Made by a program: the position numbers and the translations under genes. The notes below the pieces were generated by a model. The model searched no databases. It was not told the DNA's origin and saw only the letters and a list, made by a program, of their open reading frames with translations. A DNA stretch of 64,000 nucleotides, from NCBI RefSeq assembly GCF_054482595.1, contig NZ_CM137008.1. The stretch is one strand, 5' to 3'. Positions 29,863 to 41,173 of this stretch are shown piece after piece. Each line of letters opens with the position of its first letter. Position 1 is the stretch's first letter.

Positions 29863-30227
29863 GACCCTGAACGACAACTACGGGCTGGCGCTAATTGTTA
29901 CGGTCGGTTCCGGAGGCCACTTCAGGGACTCTGCGCATTTTTTACGACATGGCTATTCCGTATGAACCATACGGAGATTTAACCATGGCACATTCTTTAC
30001 CATTCCTTCCGGCAACCGATACAGCGCATCCTCCGATGTCCATCCCTGCCTGCTGACAGTTTTTTACGCCGGTGGGCCATTGTGTGACAACCACAGTGCT
30101 GTAACAGCAACCAGCCTGCTTTACCCAAACTCCAGTCCAGATTTTAACTGAACCGCCATTCACACCCTGACCACACTGCCCGTACCGGGACAGCTGTTGC
30201 CTGCGTGTCGTCTGGCTGCTGAGGAAT

Positions 30228-30617
30228 ATGACGATGTACGCAAAATCCTTTATTGCATTTGATGGCAACGGGCGTCTGACGGGTGCCCGTACCGCACAGA
30301 CTGCACCTTACGATCGCTACACTTGCCACCTTTGCGGCAGTGCGCTCAGATACCACCCGCAATACGACACTGAGCGTCCCTGGTTTGAACACACTGACAA
30401 CGGGCTGACGGAGCACGGTCAGCAGTGCCCTTATGTCAGACCGGAACGCAGGGAGATACAACTGATTAAGCGTTTGCAGCAATTCGTACCGGATGCCTTA
30501 CCCGTGGTGCGTAAAGCCAGCCGGCACTGCAGACAATGTCATCACGATTATTATGGGGAGCGGTACTGCACGCACAGCCATACCGGGCACTTCAGTGAGG
30601 AGGGGGTGGCAGAATGA
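30228..30617 (+). CDS. Zn-ribbon protein (CxxC...WFEH...CxxC)
   Basis: 129 aa with CHLC...PWFEH and HCRQCHHDYYGERYC. Its stop overlaps the next gene's ATG (ATGA). Confidence 0.6.
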   Translation: MTMYAKSFIAFDGNGRLTGARTAQTAPYDRYTCHLCGSALRYHPQYDTERPWFEHTDNGLTEHGQQCPYVRPERREIQLIKRLQQFVPDALPVVRKASRHCRQCHHDYYGERYCTHSHTGHFSEEGVAE

Positions 30618-31039
30618 ACGGTATAAAAACGGGGCTGGGGATCACGCCGGGTGAACACATTATCAGTGCTGATTCTGCGCTCAGCAGAAATATCCGGCAG
30701 TGTTTCTGCCTTTCCTGTCATGGCCGGTTGATTTTGCAGACAGATGCTCAGGGGGCGTGGTTTGAGCACGATTTACATGTCCTGAGCGAGCAACAGAAGG
30801 CAGCCTGCGTGGTGCTGAATCCGGAAAAGTCCCACCCTTACATTGAGGATATGGAGATGTTTTTATCGCCATTACCGGTCGTGCTGGAGTGGCATTGTGT
30901 GATGTGTGAGCAGTTTTTTCATGGGAAGAAATTCTGTGAGGCCTGTGGTACGGGGATTTATTGCAGAGCGGTATGTACGAAGTCTGTTTACAGCTACCAG
31001 CCAGACTTGTTTCAGGACTGCGGAGGTGCGAGTACTTAA
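30614..31039 (+). CDS. Zn-ribbon protein, paralogue of the preceding gene
   Basis: 141 aa with CLSC...AWFEH and CVMCEQFFHGKKFCEAC. Translationally coupled to the upstream gene. Confidence 0.6.
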   Translation: MNGIKTGLGITPGEHIISADSALSRNIRQCFCLSCHGRLILQTDAQGAWFEHDLHVLSEQQKAACVVLNPEKSHPYIEDMEMFLSPLPVVLEWHCVMCEQFFHGKKFCEACGTGIYCRAVCTKSVYSYQPDLFQDCGGAST

Positions 31040-31191
31040 TCCGAAATCTCCGCTCTGCGCAGGGCGTTCAGAGATATCGCAACCTGCATTTTATCCGGTG
31101 TTTCGCACCTGCCCCGTTCGTGACACAAAGGCGTGACACCGGATATCCGCAGTCCTGCTTACCTGAATAAAACCCGGGGTATTGATTGTGT

Positions 31192-31246
31192 ACTGTGGTG
31201 CGAAATCGCACCGTGATCGCGGATTCGCCGAATCCGCACTGTGGTG
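31192..31246. repeat. Two adjacent hairpins flanked by 9-bp direct repeat ACTGTGGTG
   Basis: GTGCGAaaTCGCAC (31198-31211) and GCGGATTCgccGAATCCGC (31219-31237). The direct repeats are at 31192-31200 and 31238-31246. Confidence 0.6.
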
Positions 31247-31510
31247 TCAACCAACCATACGCGAGAGTCCTCTCCGTATTTATCAGTGCCTCAGGACGAT
31301 TTCTGCATAGTTAATCCAGGGGGCTGCATTGTTTATTTCCCTGCTAATGGATGTGACATCCAGGATATTCATGATCCTGATTTCCCTGAGCAGTATCAGC
31401 GCTTATTGGCACGTCTGGATTATCTGACGAAGCCCGATGCTAAAGCATCAGGTCAGCGTAACTCTGGCTACAGCGGTTTTTGACCTGTTGTAACTGTAAG
31501 GTGATTTATT

Positions 31511-32077
31511 ATGTATACAGAATCAAACGTTAAGCTTTCCTGTAACGCCCTCTGGCAAAAGTGTGTCCTTGCAACTCTGTATCGGGCTGCAGCCACACAT
31601 CCTGAAATTAAATTATTACAATTTAAATTAATACCAGGACAGGGTATTAATAAGGCCATTCCCTCTCTGATGGCTGATTTTACTGGTGAACTGCATAGAC
31701 TCATTTCTGAATATTTGCAGTGTAAGCGACGTAAAGATAAATCTGTTGAGCCCACCCCTTTATATTATCTCTGGAGTAGGGAGGCTGTGGCTAACGATAC
31801 CACTCCTTATCTTATGGTGCTGCTACTTAATAACGATGTCTGGTGTAAGAGTCGTGAGGTGGTGGTTCTCAGAAATCTGATTGAGCAGGCGTGGGGAAAA
31901 GTATTGGGTGAAGATAACTCCATTACACATCTGGTTGTGTATCCTGAAGTGCTGTCGTTGGTATTTGATGCAGCTAACACATACAACGCTGAGCCTGGTG
32001 TACTGGAACAGACGGCCCAGGCTTACATTGAATCGCATGGTGCCATTGAACGTCATCTTGGGTGTAGTGACTTTTAA
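31511..32077 (+). CDS. YagK/YfjJ-family (inovirus Gp2-like) protein, second paralogue
   Basis: 188 aa. HPEIKLLQFKLIPGQG, LYYLWSREAV...PYLMVLLLNND follow the same motif order as the family. Confidence 0.55.
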   Translation: MYTESNVKLSCNALWQKCVLATLYRAAATHPEIKLLQFKLIPGQGINKAIPSLMADFTGELHRLISEYLQCKRRKDKSVEPTPLYYLWSREAVANDTTPYLMVLLLNNDVWCKSREVVVLRNLIEQAWGKVLGEDNSITHLVVYPEVLSLVFDAANTYNAEPGVLEQTAQAYIESHGAIERHLGCSDF

Positions 32078-32422
32078 CGTCAGGTGATGCATAAGGGCCT
32101 TTCGCTGAGAGGCCCTGTTTACACAATTAAATAAATCGAGCCCGACCAACAATTTTGATGTTAACAGCAGGATTATTGAGGGGCAATCAATGTGTTCTTC
32201 GGTAGCGATTACGGTAGTGAACGGACCTGCTGTCTGAATGGCATCGATCCGCAAGCGTATCGGCGCCATATTCTGAGCGTACTACTGAAATGGCTAATGG
32301 CAGTAAAGAGAGACTTTACGTATATTTGCATAAAGCAGGATTTTACGACTAGTCAACATTCTTTATAATTCTTCAGGTTCAGAGTATCTGACATATAGGG
32401 TTATGTATTGGGGAGACATTTA

Positions 32423-33124
32423 ATGTTTGGCCATCTGTTACGATACTTTAGTTTCTGTAAAAAAGATTTATTAGTATTTCATCCTGAATCTGATTACTCA
32501 GATAATTTACATAAAGCCTTCTCTTTTACAAAAAGGCTAGGATTTAATGAAGAATGGAATGGGGTCACAAAAAACAAAGAATATGATTATCAGGATGTCT
32601 TCAGTCATGTCTGTCTGCAGTCTGGTGTGACAGACTTTTCCGCTTCAGCAGGACAATGCTTAAAGTGGAGTCATTATTTTCAGCCATATTTTGAGAATAT
32701 CCTTGAATGTCGGGTATGGGTTACCGTTGGACAACTCTGGAAACAGGAACGATTTATTTACAATCCGTCAGTTGCGGATTTTCAGCGCTGGTCTGAAAAA
32801 GGGATTCAGCCTGAAGATTTTAGACATCACTCGGGGTTTAACTTTCATGCGTGGTTGACGACGGAAAATGGTGTGATTGTGGATGTTTCCTTTATGAGTA
32901 CGTTATCGCGGCGATTACCTGAACACCTGAGTGAAGTCAGTGGAAGTGTGATTATTGGCACGCCAGAGACGGTTCTTCCTGAGTATAAATATGTTCCCAT
33001 GATTGTCGGTCAGAGGATTGTTGAGAAAATAGAAAAACGCTCTTTCATTGGTTTTCTGGCGCACGACGATATTGATTTATATACAGTACCTGCAATCTTG
33101 GTTCCGGTATGGAAAGAATGTTAA
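32423..33124 (+). CDS. Orphan protein with possible papain/transglutaminase-like Cys-His-Asp signature
   Basis: ATG 32423 follows GGGGAG; the track TTG 32408 is less likely. Contains SAGQCLKWSHYF ... FNFHAWLTTENGVIVDVSF. AT-rich. Confidence 0.5.
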   Translation: MFGHLLRYFSFCKKDLLVFHPESDYSDNLHKAFSFTKRLGFNEEWNGVTKNKEYDYQDVFSHVCLQSGVTDFSASAGQCLKWSHYFQPYFENILECRVWVTVGQLWKQERFIYNPSVADFQRWSEKGIQPEDFRHHSGFNFHAWLTTENGVIVDVSFMSTLSRRLPEHLSEVSGSVIIGTPETVLPEYKYVPMIVGQRIVEKIEKRSFIGFLAHDDIDLYTVPAILVPVWKEC

Positions 33125-33443
33125 AGCACGGAATAACACTATGCACTTACCGCTTTCCGGAACTCAGCTTGTTACCTGAGCGGTCAACAGAGCAGTCTTT
33201 CAGTGTCTGCACTTGGTTGCCACTAAACCGGAGTCATTTATCAGAAGTATATGTTCATGGAAGGATATTGTCAGCGCCAGTGATATAAGACGGTAATGAG
33301 GATAGCCATCCCGCATGGGTTTCCTCAACACTGGTCACTGTGACAAGCGCACCATGATCGTCTTTGTATCGCTGATTGACTTTCGATAATAGAACATCTT
33401 CTGACATAAATTTTAGTACGGTAACAATTAACTAAATTTTCAT

Positions 33444-33800
33444 GTGGTAGCACTGAATCAGGAGACTGCGTTTCCTGATGTGTGCTTCTGCAGCCGTTAC
33501 CGGATACAGACTTCGATACCAGTTACTTCGACATCCGCCATGTGTCCTGGGACCCGCTATAACGAAGTTGGAGGTAATCAGTACAGCGTTCCCGAAATGC
33601 TGTGTGGTCAGCCAGTCTCGATACGAATATCGCTGAACGATGAGTTGCGGATCTACAGTAATGAGAAACTGGTGGCCTCACATCGCCTCTGCTCAGTGTC
33701 GTCTGGCTAGCAGATAGTACCGGAACCTCACGCCCCGCTCTGGCAGCAGATCAGTCAGGTGGAACATCGACCACTGAGTGCCTATGAGGAGCTGTTGTGA
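33444..33800 (+). pseudogene. IS21-family istA 3' fragment
   Basis: ...GGNQYSVPEMLCGQPVSIRISLNDELRIYSNEKLVASHRL then, after a stop, ...PLWQQISQVEHRPLSAYEELL*. This is the IstA C-terminus. No 5' part is present. Confidence 0.6.
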
Positions 33801-33826
33801 TGCATGTGTCAACGACGGATGAAAGT

Positions 33827-35590
<1,764 letters not shown>

Positions 35591-35859
35591 TACACCAGCG
35601 AAACCACACAGGTAGCTATTACCATATGTGGTAATACACTAGTTACAGGAAAAACATGCAGGTTCCGCAATACGTTGTGTGTTGCTGCTTAGTCAGGATC
35701 TTTTCTTCCATGCGAGATACGACAACACTTTTGAGGAAAGATGTTCACAACTGGTGGGGCGATTGCAACAGGTTTGTGCAGAACTCCCCCCGGATGGCAA
35801 TGCAGGGGGGAAAGGATTTTTCAGGTTGACCGCCCAGGTACATCAAATCAGTATGCTGC

Positions 35860-36585
35860 TCACGCCTGACGGTGCGATGAGTAATGTATTTCATACTCTT
35901 CCCGGTAGAGAGTTTCCCCCCAAAGAACCGGTTTATTCTCAGCAGTCAAATAAGTATGTTGTCGTACCAGAATTGGGCGGGAACGCTTTATTTTCAGCTT
36001 CTGGGCCGCATCCCGGCTGGGCAGCGCCACATGAACCTGGTTGGCAATTGTCTGTATCTCTATGCGAAGTGCCTGCTCAAAAATGTTTTGCAACGCATGG
36101 ACTTCCAGTTCCTGCTTATCTATTTGCAGGGCAAGAATTGAAGGCATATAACGAATTTCGAATGCAATTGGCTGCTGATTTATCAAGCGCAACCTTAACA
36201 GCCGATGGATGCTCTCTTTGCCTGATAACATCAGTTTTGTCCGTAAGAGTTCTGACGTTGAGACAGGTGCGAATTCGACGAGTTGATATTCGAGGTGTTT
36301 GTCGACACCAACCAGATCTTTTTCAAAAAATCCAAGAGATTGCGTATCCATTACGGTGATAATGGAAGGTTTTTTAACGAAGGTTCCACGTCCCCGAATG
36401 CGTTCAATCAATCCATCCGTAAGAAGACCCTGCATCGCATGGACCACTGTCGCTCGGGTGGTATTAAATTGGGCTGCAAGTTCGTTTTCAGAAGGTAAGC
36501 GTTCGCCTTGTTTATATACATTTTGTGCTATTCCATTGCGTAATGCTTCTCTGATCTGCAGGTAAATTGGCAAATTGCGATGCAT
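35860..36585 (-). CDS. GntR/HutC-subfamily transcriptional regulator
   Basis: 241 aa with an N-terminal winged HTH (LPSENELAAQFNTTRATVVHAMQGLLTDGLIERIRGRGTFV) and a UTRA-like C-terminal domain. Divergent from the lactonase gene. Confidence 0.85.
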   Translation of the reverse strand: MHRNLPIYLQIREALRNGIAQNVYKQGERLPSENELAAQFNTTRATVVHAMQGLLTDGLIERIRGRGTFVKKPSIITVMDTQSLGFFEKDLVGVDKHLEYQLVEFAPVSTSELLRTKLMLSGKESIHRLLRLRLINQQPIAFEIRYMPSILALQIDKQELEVHALQNIFEQALRIEIQTIANQVHVALPSRDAAQKLKIKRSRPILVRQHTYLTAENKPVLWGETLYREEYEIHYSSHRQA

Positions 36586-36608
36586 GTCAAATTAATCCTT
36601 CATTCTAA

Positions 36609-36630
36609 GTTGCATAGTCAACTATACAAC
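36609..36630. promoter_or_regulatory. 22-bp near-perfect palindrome in divergent promoter region: candidate GntR operator
   Basis: GTTGCATAGT-CA-ACTATACAAC. The half-sites differ at 1/10 positions. It lies between the GntR start (36585) and the lactonase start (36708). Confidence 0.5.
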
Positions 36631-36707
36631 TTCAAGGGTGACGGTATGTCATTTTAGCAGATATCACCTTCAGGTGTGGTCAGTTAAACATAAATGAGTT
36701 AGAGAAA

Positions 36708-37505
36708 ATGATTTTTGATACGCATGCGCATGTTTTTGTTCGAGGATTACCATTAGCGGAACATTGCCGATATGTTCCTGATTACGACGCCACACCGGAG
36801 AGTTATCTGACTCACTTGGATCGGTTTGGCATTGATGTTGGTATTCTGGTGCAACCCAGTTTTCTGGGGACGGATAACCACTATATGCTTGAGGCTCTTC
36901 GCCGTTACCCTACCCGGTTTCGTGGTGTAGCCGTTGTGGATCCAAACATTACGCGCTGTAAACTGGATGAAATGGCAAAATTAGGGGTCACTGGTATCCG
37001 CTTAAATTTAGTCGGCGTGGAAATTCCCGATCTTACGCAACCTGCATGGCAACACCTGTTAGAACATATTAAAGCCCTGGGATGGCATGTTGAGCTACAC
37101 AGAGCTGCGCGCGACTTGCCAGCGTTAATTACGGTATTACTTAAATCCGGTGTAAAGATTGTCGTTGACCATTTCGCGTTGCCTTCTCAGGAAGAGAAAC
37201 AAAACGATCCCGGATTTCAGTTTCTCCTTGAGCATGCAGAAACGCAGCAAATCTGGTTGAAACTTTCTGGCGCCTATCGCAATGGCAGTACTGAAACTCT
37301 CAACGATAACGTGGCACCGTTAATTCCTCTCCTGCTGCAGCATTTTGGACCTGCACATTTATTGTGGGGTAGCGACTGGCCACATACTCGATACGAAAAT
37401 GTCGTCAATTATCAAAAAACGTTCGAGTTACTGACGCAGCAAATACCTGATAAAGAAATGAGAAATAAAATTTTATCGGTTAGTGCAGAATCACTTATCG
37501 ATTAG
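36708..37505 (+). CDS. Amidohydrolase_2 (LigI-like) putative lactonase
   Basis: 265 aa. DTHAHVF, GVAVVDP, GIRLNL, GWHVELH, VVDHFALP and WGSDWPHT are colinear with the 2-pyrone-4,6-dicarboxylate lactonase LigI motifs as I recall them. Confidence 0.7.
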   Translation: MIFDTHAHVFVRGLPLAEHCRYVPDYDATPESYLTHLDRFGIDVGILVQPSFLGTDNHYMLEALRRYPTRFRGVAVVDPNITRCKLDEMAKLGVTGIRLNLVGVEIPDLTQPAWQHLLEHIKALGWHVELHRAARDLPALITVLLKSGVKIVVDHFALPSQEEKQNDPGFQFLLEHAETQQIWLKLSGAYRNGSTETLNDNVAPLIPLLLQHFGPAHLLWGSDWPHTRYENVVNYQKTFELLTQQIPDKEMRNKILSVSAESLID

Positions 37506-37536
37506 TTGGATTGAGAATATAGTCGAAAGGTATATC

Positions 37537-38886
37537 ATGAGCATATTTTATAAAAAAAGCTGGTACAAGTGGATTGTATTGGTGGTTTGTATTCTTGCCT
37601 ATTCATCAGGAAACCTGGTGCGCTGGAATTATACGGGAATATCGCAATATCTTATTGGTGAATGGCACATTGGAAAAGAAGAATTGGGGATCCTTGGTTC
37701 CGCATTCTTTTATGCCTACGCGATTGGGCAAAGTCCCTGGGGAACACTTACCGATATATTAGGCGGACGCAGAGTTATTTCTATCGGTATTTTAATTACC
37801 GCTATTATGTTCTCTCTCTTTGCTTTTGCGGGTGGCTACCATGCCGCTATCATCATTCGAGTATTAATGGGATTTGTTGGGGCGGCAACATTTGTGCCTT
37901 GTATGGCGGTACTTTCTCGCTGGTTTAGTAAAAAGGAGCGAGGTATGGTGCTGAATATCTTCTCTGGCACAGGTGGTGGATTAGGTGAGCTGTGGTCCTT
38001 TTTATTAATGCCATTGATTTCATTATTTATGGTAGGCGGCGCTACCGTGCTTGGCCTGAGCTCCTGGCGTGCATCTACGCTAATTATGGCGTTTGTCACA
38101 CTGGCGATCATGATCCTCTGTTTTGTCGGTATGCGCTCCGACCCGTCGGAATTAGGTCTTCCGTCCGTTGTTGAACAGGAGACGCGTAAGCAGGCGAAAG
38201 AACATAGCTATGCCAGGACACTGCTTAATGCGTTGCGCGATCCGTGGTTCTGGGTCATTACATTCGCCTGGCAAGGTTTTACCGTTTCTCTGCGTCTGCT
38301 ACCGGCCTGGTTGCCTATCTATGCGGCAGCTTACTACAAACAGACACAGGGATTATCCAGCGTTGAGGCGATGGTCGCAGGAGGTATGATAGCATCAGTG
38401 TATGTTGCCGGACGTATTTTGGGAACGCCTGTCTTTGGCAAATTATCTGACTTTTTGCTTGTCAGTTATAACGTACCAAGAACATTGATTATTGCTTGCT
38501 TCCATATCTTTATTACCGTCTCAATGTTTGCTCTTAGCCATCAAATGCCTTCCACATTTTTATTTGCAGTTCTGGTTTTTGTGATTGGTGCCGCGATAAA
38601 TATGTTCCCTCTGGTTAATGCAGTCGTCGCAGAAATCTGGCCGGTTAAAACGGGGGGCGCGTTAATGGGGATGGTGAATACGGTTGGGCAGTTAATAGGT
38701 GCCTCAGCGTTGGCCTACAGTGGTTTTATGGCAGAAAAATTTTCCATAGCCGGAGCAGGATACAGTTTTGAGTATCGTGGCATTTGGTATTTGGCAATGA
38801 TATTCAGTTCAATATCTATCCTGGCGTCTCTGTTGGCGATGCATCGCGAAAAACAAAGTATTCGGGAAAATGCCTTGAGTCATTAA
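37537..38886 (+). CDS. MFS transporter, anion:cation symporter (organic-acid) type
   Basis: 449 aa from ATG 37537 (SD GAAAGG) with about 12 hydrophobic segments. N-terminus YKWIVLVVCILAYSSGNLVRW. The stop is 5 nt before the citC ATG. Confidence 0.75.
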   Translation: MSIFYKKSWYKWIVLVVCILAYSSGNLVRWNYTGISQYLIGEWHIGKEELGILGSAFFYAYAIGQSPWGTLTDILGGRRVISIGILITAIMFSLFAFAGGYHAAIIIRVLMGFVGAATFVPCMAVLSRWFSKKERGMVLNIFSGTGGGLGELWSFLLMPLISLFMVGGATVLGLSSWRASTLIMAFVTLAIMILCFVGMRSDPSELGLPSVVEQETRKQAKEHSYARTLLNALRDPWFWVITFAWQGFTVSLRLLPAWLPIYAAAYYKQTQGLSSVEAMVAGGMIASVYVAGRILGTPVFGKLSDFLLVSYNVPRTLIIACFHIFITVSMFALSHQMPSTFLFAVLVFVIGAAINMFPLVNAVVAEIWPVKTGGALMGMVNTVGQLIGASALAYSGFMAEKFSIAGAGYSFEYRGIWYLAMIFSSISILASLLAMHREKQSIRENALSH

Positions 38887-38891
38887 GCATA

Positions 38892-39947
38892 ATGTTTAAT
38901 CATATATTTACCCAGGTCAAACGTTCAGAAAATAAAAAAATGGCGGAAATCGCCCAATTCCTGCATGAAAATGATTTGAGCGTTGACACCACTGTCGAAG
39001 TATTTATTACCGTAACCCGCGATGAAAAGCTTATCGCGTGCGGCGGAATTGCCGGAAATATTATTAAATGCGTTGCTATCAGTGAATCCGTTCGCGGTGA
39101 AGGACTGGCGCTGACATTAGCCACCGAACTGATAAACCTCGCCTATGAGCGGCACAGCACGCATCTGTTTATTTATACCAAAACCGAATACGAGGCGCTG
39201 TTCCGCCAGTGCGGTTTTTCCACGCTGACCAGCGTCCCCGGCGTGATGGTGCTGATGGAAAACAGCGCCACGCGACTGAAACGCTATGCCGAATCGCTGA
39301 AAAAATTTCGTCATCCAGGGAACAAGATTGGCTGCATTGTGATGAACGCCAATCCCTTTACGAATGGTCACCGTTATCTGATTCAACAGGCTGCGGCACA
39401 GTGCGACTGGTTGCATCTGTTTTTAGTCAAAGAAGATTCTTCACGCTTCCCCTATGAAGACCGGCTGGATCTGGTGTTAAAAGGCACCGCCGATATTCCA
39501 CGCCTGACCGTGCATCGCGGCTCCGAATACATCATCTCCCGCGCTACGTTCCCTTGCTACTTCATTAAAGAACAGAGCGTCATTAACCATTGTTACACCG
39601 AAATTGATCTGAAGATTTTCCGTCAGTACCTCGCTCCCGCGCTGGGTGTAACTCACCGCTTTGTCGGTACTGAACCCTTTTGTCGCGTTACCGCCCAGTA
39701 CAACCAGGATATGCGCTACTGGCTGGAAACGCCGACTATCTCCGCACCGCCCATCGAACTGGTTGAAATTGAGCGGCTGTGTTACCAGGAGATGCCGATA
39801 TCCGCTTCCCGGGTACGCCAACTGCTGGCGAAAAACGATCTCACGGCTATCGCGCCGCTGGTCCCTGCAGTCACGCTGCATTATTTGCAGAACCTGCTTG
39901 AGCACTCCCGCCAGGACGCGGCAGCTCGTCAAAAGACCCCCGCATGA
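38892..39947 (+). CDS. citC: Citrate lyase ligase ([citrate (pro-3S)-lyase] ligase)
   Basis: 351 aa. ...KRSENKKMAEIAQFLHENDLSVDTTVEVFITVTRDEKLIACGG... matches E. coli CitC. The track ORF from TTG 38784 overlaps the MFS gene and is an extension. Confidence 0.88.
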   Translation: MFNHIFTQVKRSENKKMAEIAQFLHENDLSVDTTVEVFITVTRDEKLIACGGIAGNIIKCVAISESVRGEGLALTLATELINLAYERHSTHLFIYTKTEYEALFRQCGFSTLTSVPGVMVLMENSATRLKRYAESLKKFRHPGNKIGCIVMNANPFTNGHRYLIQQAAAQCDWLHLFLVKEDSSRFPYEDRLDLVLKGTADIPRLTVHRGSEYIISRATFPCYFIKEQSVINHCYTEIDLKIFRQYLAPALGVTHRFVGTEPFCRVTAQYNQDMRYWLETPTISAPPIELVEIERLCYQEMPISASRVRQLLAKNDLTAIAPLVPAVTLHYLQNLLEHSRQDAAARQKTPA

Positions 39948-39961
39948 GAAACAGGTGAAAA

Positions 39962-40258
39962 ATGAAAATAAACCAGCCCGCCGTTGCAGGCACCCTTGAG
40001 TCTGGGGATGTGATGATACGCATCGCCCCACTCGATACGCAGGATATCGACCTGCAAATCAACAGCAGCGTTGAGAAACAGTTTGGCGATGCCATTCGCA
40101 CCACCATTCTGGACGTTCTCGCCCGCTACAACGTGCGCGGCGTACAGCTGAATGTCGATGACAAAGGCGCACTGGACTGCATTTTACGTGCACGACTGGA
40201 AGCCCTGCTGGCACGCGCCAGCGGTATCCCGGCTCTGCCATGGGAGGATTGCCAATGA
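39962..40258 (+). CDS. citD: Citrate lyase acyl carrier protein (gamma subunit)
   Basis: 98 aa, [24 protein letters not shown].... As far as I can recall, identical to K-12 CitD. Confidence 0.92.
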
Positions 40259-41163
40259 TTTCCGCTTCGCTGCAACAACGTAAAACTCGCACCCGCCGCA
40301 GTATGTTGTTTGTACCTGGTGCTAATGCCGCGATGGTCAGCAACTCCTTCATCTACCCGGCTGATGCCCTGATGTTTGACCTCGAAGACTCCGTTGCATT
40401 GCGTGAAAAAGACACCGCCCGCCGCATGGTTTACCACGCGCTGCAACATCCGCTTTATCGCGATATTGAAACCATTGTGCGTGTAAACGCGCTGGATTCC
40501 GAATGGGGTGTTAACGACCTGGAAGCCGTCGTTCGCGGTGGTGCGGACGTTGTGCGTCTGCCGAAAACCGATACCGCTCAGGATGTTCTGGATATCGAAA
40601 AAGAGATCCTGCGTATCGAAAAAGCCTGTGGTCGTGAACCCGGCAGTACCGGCCTGCTGGCGGCGATTGAATCTCCGCTGGGCATTACCCGCGCGGTAGA
40701 AATCGCTCACGCTTCCGAGCGTTTGATCGGTATCGCCCTCGGTGCAGAAGACTATGTGCGCAACCTGCGTACAGAACGCTCCCCGGAAGGAACTGAACTG
40801 CTGTTCGCTCGCTGCTCCATTTTGCAGGCCGCGCGTTCTGCGGGTATTCAGGCGTTCGATACCGTCTATTCCGACGCTAACAACGAAGCCGGATTCCTGC
40901 AAGAAGCCGCCCACATCAAACAGCTGGGCTTTGACGGCAAATCGCTGATCAACCCGCGTCAGATTGATCTGCTGCACAACCTCTACGCACCGACCCAGAA
41001 AGAAGTGGATCACGCCCGCCGCGTCGTAGAAGCCGCTGAAGCCGCCGCTCGCGAAGGCCTCGGCGTGGTTTCCCTGAACGGCAAGATGGTGGACGGTCCG
41101 GTTATCGATCGCGCCCGTCTGGTGCTCTCCCGCGCAGAACTTTCCGGCATCCGCGAAGAATAA
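40255..41163 (+). CDS. citE: Citrate lyase beta subunit (citryl-ACP lyase)
   Basis: Starts [24 protein letters not shown] with an ATGA overlap with citD. 302 aa. Confidence 0.92.
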
Positions 41164-41173
41164 GGCAATCAAA

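Noticed and set aside
35679-36359. 226-aa plus-strand ORF overlapping the GntR regulator
   Set aside because: It has an alternative (GTG) start and is antisense to a regulator with a clear winged-HTH. The composition is not protein-like.
38784-39947. 387-aa version of citC starting at TTG 38784
   Set aside because: The extension overlaps the last 34 codons of the MFS gene. The CitC homology, as far as I recall it, begins at the ATG at 38892. I kept the fact that the frame is open as part of the junction finding only.
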